Source: Acidobacteriota bacterium (GTDB lineage: Bacteria > Acidobacteriota > UBA6911 > RPQK01 > JAJDTT01). From it: a DNA stretch of 64,000 bases. Shown in pieces: positions 28,916-37,000 of this stretch. The position numbers and the translations under genes were made by a program. Position 1 is the first letter of the stretch, and every line of letters begins with the position of its first letter. The notes under the pieces are model-generated. The model was not told the origin of the DNA. It saw nothing but the letters and a program-made list of their open reading frames with translations, and searched no databases. The DNA lies in NCBI GenBank assembly GCA_965217775.1, contig CBDCJH010000002.1, positions 3,616,001 through 3,680,000 on the forward strand, read 5' to 3'.

Positions 28916-29110
28916 GGGAGGGAAAACTTTCTTGTCGCCTGCTGGAGGGGCGACTTTCTTGTCGCCCACTGGGACAGGCGGCATTCTTGCCGCCTGCTCT
29001 TCTGTGTTGCTGCGTAATTCGGCGGCCGGAAAGTGTACAGTGGGGACTCCGTCCCCCCTGCCCCCCCCTGATCGGGGACAGGAATGTCCCCGCTCCCAGG
29101 GCGACAAGAA
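28916..29110. repeat. Cluster of REP-like palindromes
   Basis: GGAGGGGCGACTTTCTTGTCGCCC (28944-28967), a degenerate copy at 28916-28939, GGGACAGGCGGCATTCTTGCCGCC (28971-28994), inverted GGGGACAGGAATGTCCCCGCTCCCA (29074-29098) and a half unit GGGCGACAAGAA (29099-29110). Confidence 0.75.
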
Positions 29111-30259
29111 GTCACGGTAGGAACGGCAGTTTCCTGCCGCCCCCCGCACAGATCCGGACGTGCCCGTTAAGGCATCCGGCTCCTACCTTGGGTGTGGACG
29201 GCCAGCGGAACCGCTGCCCCGGCCACGGGTGACGGATCTTCACGGATGGCCAGAGCAATTCCGTCATCCGTCGCAACCGTCCCCAACTGAAGCGGTCGCG
29301 TTGGGACCGGCGGCGCAAGGCTCGCAGCCACCGCCGTTGCAGCAGATAGCAGAAACCTCGCAGCCAGCGCGTACTCCCCGGAACCGCAAAATAGTTCAGC
29401 CAGCCGTTCAGGACCCGGCTCAACCATTTCCCGACCTCCCAGTGATCCGCGTGCCGTTGTCTCCACAGCCTCTCCCCCACCCGTCGCAGGGTCCGGTTCA
29501 TCCGTTTCGCGCTTGGCTTCCGCCCCAGCCGGAAGCGTCCCTTCCGGGTCTTCGCACAGTAGTGCGTGAACCCCAGAAAGTCGAACGTCTCCGGTTTCCG
29601 CTCCCCGCGTCGTCGCCGATCCGCTGCCGCAAATCGTCCGAACTCCACCAGTCGCGTCTTTTCCGGGTGCAGTTCCAGCCCGAACTCGGCGCACCGTTCC
29701 CCCAGGTCTCGGAGAAACCGTTTCGCGTCCGCCCGTCTCTGGAATCCGGCCACGAAGTCGTCCGCATATCGCACCAGGATCGCTTCGCCTTTTGGGACTC
29801 GTGGGCGCCACGTCCGATGGAACCACTGGTCCAGCACGTAGTGCAGGTACACGTTAGCCATGACCGGGGAGACGATGGCGCCCTGAGGCGTCCCTTTCCC
29901 CGTGTCCGACCAGGTCCCATCTTCCATCACCCCGGCGTTCAGCCACTTGCGCAGCAGCCGCAGCACCCGCCGGTCTCCGATCCGCCGTTCCACGAACCGC
30001 AGCAGCCGGTCCCGGTCGATGGCATCGAAAAACGTCCGAATGTCCGCGTCCACGATCCAGTTGACTTTCCGCCGTTCGATCCCGTAGGCCAGTGCATCCA
30101 GCGCGTCATGCGCCTTCCGTCCGGGCCGGAACCCGTAGCTGAGCCCGAGAAACTCCGCCTCGTAAATCGGCGTCAGGAGCTCGTCCACGACTGCCTTCTG
30201 GAGGATCTTGTCCTCCAGCGCGGCCACGCCGAGCGGTCGTGTCCTTCCATCCGGCTTTT
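29111..30259 (-). mobile_element. 5'-truncated group II intron
   Basis: Minus-strand domain V/VI GAGCCGGATGCCTTAACGGGCACGTCCGGATCTGTGCGGGGGGCGG...CCTACCGTGAC ending in AC at 29111. Intron-protein homology stops at about 30259 (KPDGRTRPLGV preceded by TAA). Confidence 0.88.
29112..30259 (-). pseudogene. ltrA: Group II intron reverse transcriptase/maturase, N-terminally truncated, no endonuclease domain
   Basis: SYGFRPGR, DADIRTFFD, GTPQG, YADD, FDFLGF and GWLNYF. RT0/RT1 are missing and the ORF reads through into DV/DVI, probably because of a frameshift near HPWP. Confidence 0.85.
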
Positions 30260-30294
30260 AGCCTGGCGCACAGTCGCCGCTCCACACCGCGAGT

Positions 30295-30323
30295 TTGACA
30301 CGTATTGGGGGCTTCGCTATCGT
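30295..30323 (+). promoter_or_regulatory. sigma70 promoter
   Basis: TTGACA (30295-30300), 17-nt spacer, TATCGT (30318-30323). Confidence 0.7.
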
Positions 30324-30395
30324 GAGTCCTCCCCGGCGACCGGCCATCCTGGGCTACGTTCATCCCAGATTGAACCGACGGGTCCGGGAGAACTC
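30324..30395 (+). ncRNA. Candidate structured cis-regulatory leader RNA
   Basis: Nested complementarity GAGTcCTCCC/GGGAGaACTC, GACC/GGTC and CTGGG/CCCAG, plus loop GTTCA complementary to downstream TGAAC; lies between the promoter and the CDS. Confidence 0.5.
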
Positions 30396-30443
30396 GCGGA
30401 CGCTGGCGCTCCAGTCCGCTGGAACCGAGTCAGGAGAATCCAA

Positions 30444-31241
30444 ATGACAGACGGAAAGACCAAGACCCTGCTCGTCATCACGGCCCACCCGGCCGACGCC
30501 TTCGATCTGGCCGGAGGCACCATCGCCCTGCACCGGCAACGCGGAGACCAGGTGCACGTGGCTTCCGTGACCCACGGAGCCCGCTCCCACGCCCCCAGCA
30601 TCTACGACGACAAACAGGAGGCTCTGGACGAGGCGGCAGAGGCCCGGCTGCTCCAGGAGATCATCCAGGAGAAGAAGCAGGAGTTCGAAGCCGCCGCCCG
30701 GGCGGTCGACGCCACCGCGACCCACTTCCTGGGAGAAGACGACGAGCCCTTCGTGGCCACTCGCAGCACCATCCTGCGCTTGGCGGAGCTCTACCGGACG
30801 GTCCGGCCCGACATCCTGATCACCCATCACCGCACCGAGCAGAACCATCACGACCACCCGGCCGTGGGAGACGCCTCTGTCCGGGCCATTGTCACCGCCG
30901 CGCGGTGGTTGGAGGGTTCGCGGCTGGAGCCTTACGACGTGCCGACCGTCTACTACTACGGCACCCAGGACCGGCGCGACGTGCGGATCAACCGCGGCAC
31001 GGTCGGCGTGGCGGCGACCCACATCATGGATATCGAGAGCGTGGTCGACCAGAAGCGGGAGGCGCTCAAGGCCTTCGCTACCCAGAAGTACCAGGGTAAG
31101 GGTTACTCGACACCTGAGTACCTGAACCGCCGCTTGGAGAGCGTCGAGGGCCACTACGGCCTCTTCAGCGGGTGCCGCTACGCCGAAGAGTTCATCGCCC
31201 GCGGGCCCCACGTGACGCGGCTGCTACCCTCGGTCCGCTGA
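30444..31241 (+). CDS. PIG-L/LmbE family metallohydrolase (GalB-like HPAD motif)
   Basis: MTDGKTKTLLVITAHPAD...GGTIA, RPDILITH, HHDH, K..AL.AF.TQ and YAEEF; RBS AGGAG upstream. Confidence 0.88.
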   Translation: MTDGKTKTLLVITAHPADAFDLAGGTIALHRQRGDQVHVASVTHGARSHAPSIYDDKQEALDEAAEARLLQEIIQEKKQEFEAAARAVDATATHFLGEDDEPFVATRSTILRLAELYRTVRPDILITHHRTEQNHHDHPAVGDASVRAIVTAARWLEGSRLEPYDVPTVYYYGTQDRRDVRINRGTVGVAATHIMDIESVVDQKREALKAFATQKYQGKGYSTPEYLNRRLESVEGHYGLFSGCRYAEEFIARGPHVTRLLPSVR

Positions 31242-31415
31242 CTCGAACGGGGAGATTACCAGTAGTCAGGGGGCTGCTACGTGGAATACTTGTGGAATTG
31301 GTCAGTCCAGTCACCGCGCTCAAGTTACAATGCAGAACCTTCAAGAGTTTCAGCGACCATACAGCGTGGAGATGACTTCGCTCATGGCAGCCAGACTTGC
31401 TAACAGGCCGTGGAA

Positions 31416-31682
31416 TCAGGCCGCTTCGCTCTCTTTGCGCAGTCGTGCTTGTGCCAAGTCGTAGGCCGCTTGTAGGCGCATCCAGAAATCGGCATTCGAC
31501 CAACCCATCGCTTCGAGCTTCAAGGCCATCTCAGGTGAAATCCCCGCCTTTCCGTTCAGCACGCGGGAAAGAGTGACCCGGGCCACGCCCAGCTTCTCTG
31601 CTGCCTCCGTGATACTAAGTCCCGCTGCTGTACAATCTTGTATGAGACCACGTCCGGGATGGGGTGGGTTCTTCATCGGCAT
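31416..31682 (-). CDS. higA: HigA family antitoxin
   Basis: [11 protein letters not shown] ([23 protein letters not shown]), ISPEMALKL and [10 protein letters not shown]. Confidence 0.95.
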   Translation of the reverse strand: MPMKNPPHPGRGLIQDCTAAGLSITEAAEKLGVARVTLSRVLNGKAGISPEMALKLEAMGWSNADFWMRLQAAYDLAQARLRKESEAA

Positions 31683-31695
31683 TCCACCAGTCCTC

Positions 31696-31974
31696 CTAAT
31701 GGTAGTCGATCAGGTCCACGTCAAAGACATCGCCTGCCTCAAAGCGGAATATGATCCGCATGTTGGCAGAAACCCGAACACTCCAGAAGCCCTGCAGATT
31801 CCCCTTGAGCGGGTGCAGCCGGTAGCCTGGAGTGTTCAGGTCCTTCGTACCGACGGCCACATCAAGGCGGGAGAGGATCTCCTCGATCCGTCCGACTTGA
31901 TCGGGCCGTAGCTTGCTTTTGTCGCCCCGCTCAAATAGCCGCTTCAAGCCTCGGTGCCGCAACGTCCTGAGCAC
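31696..31974 (-). CDS. higB: HigB (RelE-like) toxin
   Basis: [34 protein letters not shown] and DYH terminus; toxin gene precedes antitoxin gene. Confidence 0.95.
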   Translation of the reverse strand: MLRTLRHRGLKRLFERGDKSKLRPDQVGRIEEILSRLDVAVGTKDLNTPGYRLHPLKGNLQGFWSVRVSANMRIIFRFEAGDVFDVDLIDYH

Positions 31975-32047
31975 TTGCGAATTGTATCGTTATACGACTC
32001 AGCGTGATACCCCTTTCGGGTTTGGCCGCACCGCTCATTGCAGCCAA

Positions 32048-32350
32048 CATCACCCCACCGAGCACATCCATCACGACTATACGGCCGTGGGAGACGCCTC
32101 TGTGCGAGCCGTAGTCACCGCGGCGGCGCGTCGGCTGGAATGTTCGCGTCGAGAGCCTTACGACGTGCCGACAGTCTACTACTACGGCACCCAGGACCGG
32201 CGCGACGTGCGGATCAACCGAGGCACTGTGGGCGTCGTGGCCACGCACATCGTGAACATCGAGAGCGTGGTGGACCAGAAGCGGGAGGCGCTCAAGACCT
32301 TCGCCACACAGAAGTACCAGGGCAAGGGCTACTCTAGACCCGAGTATCTT
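32048..32350 (+). pseudogene. Diverged internal fragment duplicating part of the PIG-L gene
   Basis: Aligns to about 30826-31124 (shared EPYDVPTVYYYGTQDRRDVRINRGTVGV); has no start and ends at the IS1595 terminus. Confidence 0.88.
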
Positions 32351-32386
32351 AAGGGGATTATATACAAAAGTCCCGACACTCAAGCA

Positions 32387-32602
32387 TTAACGACGGTTCC
32401 TGGGCTTTTTGATCCACCGGGGTTTGACGGGACGGAGGACTGCCCGCGCCAGCTTGGCCATTCGATCTAATGAGGCCTCTCCCGGCACCTTCAAATTGAT
32501 CTCCTCCTCCTTCTCCGCCTTCGTCGGCTGGTAAGAAGAATGGACCAGTTCTACGGTTCTGGATTTCGGATTCTTGCGAACTGTGGATTTCCTATTGCTC
32601 AT
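32387..32602 (-). CDS. Small hypothetical passenger protein of the IS1595 element
   Basis: 71-aa ORF MSNRKSTVRKNPKSRTVELVHSSYQPTKAE inside the IRs. Confidence 0.55.
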   Translation of the reverse strand: MSNRKSTVRKNPKSRTVELVHSSYQPTKAEKEEEINLKVPGEASLDRMAKLARAVLRPVKPRWIKKPRNRR

Positions 32603-32853
32603 TTTCCAGCCCTATTGCCCAGCGGGGAAGGTCTTCGATCGGATGCATTTGCTCAGGTCGCTTCCTGAGCTTGAAGGTAACGGATCGTCCTTCCGCCATC
32701 CTCACAAGACGCCCGGCTTGTTGCTCTGAGACCTCGCCCTTGGTCCAGACGTTGAACCGGATTTCACTCGGCCTGATGCCAAGACCGAGAAGGTAGTCAT
32801 TTCGTCTATCGAGACGAATGTGATGGCACTGGAAGCCGCCACCTCAGTCCGGT

Positions 32854-33798
32854 TCAACTGACCAAATCCTGGTACCGGAGCCGCTGCCCAATGGCCCGAT
32901 CAGCGACCAGAGACATCGGAGCCAGCGTTCCCAGTTCCCGCATATTGTGGCGTCCTGCGAACTCGCCGACGTAGCGGTGAAGATGACGCTCGGACAGCCG
33001 GTGGAAGGTGCCCATATACGCCCGCTTCAACATCGACCAGAAGGACTCAACACCGTTGGTGTGAACCGAACCCCGAACGTATTCCAACTGGGAATGACGG
33101 ACGGACTCATGATTGTCCAGCGATGCATAGGAGGAGGAATCGTCCGTGTAGACCGCCGCGTCCGGGTCGATCCGATCCTGGACGAATCCCTGGAGTGTCT
33201 CCTGGGTCGTGTCCTCGACGACCTGAGCAGACACGCGGTTGGTCTTCCGGTCTTTCACGCCCACGACAGCGGTTTTCCCAACCGGGCCGCGCCCCTTCAA
33301 CTGAGACCGCTTCTGCTTCGGCAGGTTCTTCCGCTTGCCACCAAACCAAGTCTCATCCACCTCGACCGGACCCCAGAATCTCTGCTCCGGGTCCAAGTTC
33401 CAGGCCTGGCGAATCCGGTGTGCCAGGTGCCAGGCTGACTTCTGCGTGATGCCCAGCTCGCGGTGGAGCTTCATGCTGGAAACACTCTTCAGATTCGTGG
33501 CGAACAGGTAGAAGGCGTAGAGCCAGTTCTGATAGCCGATCTTGCTTGACTGCATGAAGGTCCCGGTCTTGATGCTGAAATGCTTTCCGCATTCCTTCTC
33601 ACGGCAACGAAACGGCATCGTCTTATGCTTGCATCCAATCTGGACATTGGTGACCCCGCAGTAGGGACAGCAGACCTCTTCCGGCCAACGTCGCTTGATG
33701 AACCATGCTTCAGCAGTCTTGTCATCCGGGAACCGTTGGAAGAATTGACGGGTCGAAAGACCCTCTCTGTAGTGTTTTCCGGGTGCCTTGTAAACCAT
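32854..33798 (-). CDS. IS1595-family DDE transposase
   Basis: Zn ribbon (CPYCG...FRCREKEC), VEVDETWFGG, VYTD, HTNGVESFWSMLKR and HLHRYVGEF. Confidence 0.95.
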   Translation of the reverse strand: MVYKAPGKHYREGLSTRQFFQRFPDDKTAEAWFIKRRWPEEVCCPYCGVTNVQIGCKHKTMPFRCREKECGKHFSIKTGTFMQSSKIGYQNWLYAFYLFATNLKSVSSMKLHRELGITQKSAWHLAHRIRQAWNLDPEQRFWGPVEVDETWFGGKRKNLPKQKRSQLKGRGPVGKTAVVGVKDRKTNRVSAQVVEDTTQETLQGFVQDRIDPDAAVYTDDSSSYASLDNHESVRHSQLEYVRGSVHTNGVESFWSMLKRAYMGTFHRLSERHLHRYVGEFAGRHNMRELGTLAPMSLVADRAIGQRLRYQDLVS

Positions 33799-33822
33799 TG
33801 AATTATCCTCAGTTACAAGACA

Positions 33823-33852
33823 ATTATACAAGACAGTCCCGATACTTGTCAA
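33823..33852 (-). promoter_or_regulatory. Consensus sigma70 promoter for the IS1595 transposase
   Basis: Minus strand TTGACA (33852-33847), 18-nt spacer, TATAAT (33828-33823). Confidence 0.75.
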
Positions 33853-34002
33853 CCCCTTTTTGGGACTTTTGTATATAATCCCCTTTTTCTTCACCAAAAC
33901 CTCATTTAACTTCGGATTTGTCCTGGATCGTCTAAATTCGCTCGCTACCGGGCCGACTTCCGTGGTCCGACGACACGGCTGAGAGCGTCACCATGCGTCC
34001 CG

Positions 34003-37000
34003 TCACTCTTGAAGCGTTATCGAGAGCTTGGAAATCCTCCAACTGGTGCTGTCCTCAATCCTGCTCGCTGCAAATTCAAACGAGTATTCGTTGCCCGACG
34101 AAATTACGGTAAACGACGTGTTGATGTTAAGAGCTACGCCGCTACACCTGACGGAACCACGACCGAGATACAGACAGCCGTTCCCCGCGTTACCGACGTC
34201 ACCAACGGTAAACCGGGCAAATCTAACGCCCGCTTCGGGAGTTCCTTTAGGAAACTCCAGCGTGCATTCGCTTCCGGTCTGAATCGTGTTTCCGGCAGCA
34301 CATACCTTGCTCGCATCCTCATCGTCATCATCAGGGGGAATATCCACCAATCGCCAACTGGAACTCCCGCTCGTTCCGTCGTTGCAACTGAAAGTTACCC
34401 TGCCCGAAGTCGTTGTTGCGAACGTCAATCGGAACGTACAGCGATCGCCGTCGTCGTAGTTCAGCGTGACCGTTCCGGTATTCGAACCCGTGTTCCGGTA
34501 GGTATAGCTTCCAACGTATTCGTCCGATCCCTCGGTTTCCTTGAAACGGCCGGGACTGATGAAGTCGATGAAATAGTTTGGCCGTTCCGTCAGCACACGC
34601 TTGCCAACGGCGACTTCGTTGAACGCATCTTGATCGGCTGGAGCGAGCGACGGTGGCGGCGGCTCGGTGACGGTTACTGTCGCCGAGTCCGAAGCCGTCT
34701 GTCCGTCGGCGCTGCGGACCGTGATTCGATAGGTCGTCGTTCTGGTCGGGGAGACCCGACGCGATCCCGAGGTCGGAACCGTGCCGATCCCCGGTGTGAT
34801 GGATGCGCTGGTTGCGTTCGTGGACGACCACCTCAGGGTCGCACTCTGGCCCCGTTCGATGGACGTGGGCGATGCCGACAGCCTCACCGTCGGGCGCGGC
34901 GGCTCGGTGACGGTTACTGTCGCCGAGTCCGAAGCCGTCTGTCCGTCGGCACTCCGGACCGTGATGCGGTAGGTCGTCGTTCTGGTCGGGGAGACCCGAC
35001 GCGACCCCGATGTCGGAACCGTGCCGATTCCAGGAGTGATGGATGCTCTGGTTGCGTTCGTGGACGACCACCTCAGGGTCGCGCTCTGGCCCCGTTCGAT
35101 GGACGTGGGCGATGCCGACAGCCTCACCGTCGGGCGCACCTGCGGAGCTTCGGGGCGGGTCCCGCCCTTCACCGGCACCACCGGGAGAGTCGTGAAGATA
35201 CCGTTGGCGAAATCCATCTCCAAGGCTATCCCGGCGAACCTTCTCCCATCAGGCGCCAGGCACCTCACGGATCCCACGAAATCCGATGTCCCTGTGCCGA
35301 CGAAGATCTCATTGATGAACTGGGCGGTTTGCCCGCTAGCCTCCAACTGGATATCCACCTGTTCCAGCACGGAGCCCCCCCGCATCAAGTAACAGGACAC
35401 CGTCATCTCTCGCGCTTCCAGGTTGCGGAGCGCCACGCCGGTATTGATGCCTCCCGCTAGGCGGCGAGCCGGGAAGAGGGCGTCAGCGACGGGTTCGCTG
35501 GCTCCGACTCCCGCCACTCCCGCACCTGGGAGAGAAAAGCGAAGGACTCCGCCGATAGGCCCATCCGATATCACCCGCACCGATCCCACGACGGTATCTC
35601 CCCGACCGTGCGTCGAAATCGTCAGCTCTCCTAGCGGCGGCAGCGCCGCACGCACGCGAAGACCTCCGTCCCCACGCACCTCCAGGCTGTTTCTGATTTC
35701 CACCACCGAATCCGCGGCGATCCCATTGCCATCCTGATCAAAAAAGTAGAGGGTGGGACGGACCCGCATGGTCGACACGTTCAACAACACGACATCGGAG
35801 GTGATGGAAGAACCATTGGCGAAATGGGCAAACTCCAGGGTGGTCTCCCGGTTTCCGGCTCCCGACGGGGCCACAGGCACCACCGGCAGGGTTGTGAAGA
35901 TGCCGTTGTTGGGATCAATCTCCAAGGCTATCCCGACGACCCTTCCCCCATCGGGCGCAGTGCACCTCACTGATCCCACGAAATTGGACGTATTCGTGCC
36001 GGGGAAGATCTCATTGATGTACTGCGCGGTCTGCCCGTCCGCCGCCAACTGGATATCTGCTTCATCCAGCACGGAGCCCCCCCGCATCAAGTAACAGGAC
36101 ACCGTCATCTCTTCCGTTTCCATGTTGCGGAGCGCCACGGCAGTGTTGATGCCTCTCGCTTGGCGGCGAGCCGGGAAGAGGGCGTCATTGACGGGTTCGC
36201 TGGCCCCGACTCCGGCTACTCCTACTCCAAAATATTGTAGGTCAAAGCGCAGCACTCCGCCGATGGGTCCATCTGACACCACTCTCACGGACCCCGTCAC
36301 CAACTCACCTCGTCCGTGGGTCGAGATCGTGAGTTCTCCTAGCGGCGCAATCTCCGTTCGTACCTTCAGAGCTCCATCCTCAAGCACCTCCAGATCTGCC
36401 GTGATCTCCACCACCGATTCGGCGTCAATTCGATCGCCCTCCTGATCATAAAAGTAGAGGATTGGACCGATCGGCTTGGTCGCAACGTTCAACAACACCA
36501 CATCGGAGGTGACGGAAGAACCATTGGCGAAATGGGCAAACTCCAGAGCAAACTCCTCGTCGATGAACTGCCGGATTTTGGGATAGAAAAACGAGAATCG
36601 AGTGTAAACTGAGTAATCGGGCTGAGTCGGGCAGACATTATCCCCACCACTTCCGCCGCTCAGTGCCCCTACGATGGTTCCAGGACCGCTGAAGATGGCG
36701 GACCCGGAAGAGCCCCCCTCCGTGAAGCCTCGTCCCAATGGATAGGAGACGTTGAGGTAGGAATCGTCGGAAACTCCAATCCCAGGGTCGGGAATGGTCT
36801 CACCAAAGGAAATCCGCTTGAACTTTCCCCATATACTTCCAGGATGATGAATCCCGGTGACCTGCGCGCCGACCGGTTGTGGGTCCGCGTCCCAGCCTTG
36901 GAACATCACACCGTCGGGGAGACTACCTTCGAGTCGCAGCAGTGTCATATCGCCACCCGGCTCCCCGGGGGACTCGCTGTCGGGGTACCCTGTGGTCGCG

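Larger units (their letters stand above)
32353..33883 (-). mobile_element. IS1595-family element with passenger sequence
   Basis: Perfect 22-bp terminal IRs GGGGATTATATACAAAAGTCCC (32353-32374) and GGGACTTTTGTATATAATCCCC (33862-33883); no target duplication evident. Confidence 0.92.

Noticed and set aside
30360-30395. 6S RNA (TTGAACC...GGGT resemblance)
   Set aside because: The region is too short and lacks the long central-bubble hairpin; its position fits a 5' leader better.
29160-31241. 693-aa ORF as one fusion protein
   Set aside because: The N-terminal part is antisense to the intron RT; the real gene starts at ATG 30444 with its own promoter and RBS.
29112-32350. Diversity-generating retroelement or retron (RT near a duplicated 300-bp segment)
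   Set aside because: The RT has YADD, a maturase region and a canonical domain V/VI; mismatches between the PIG-L copies are not adenine-specific.
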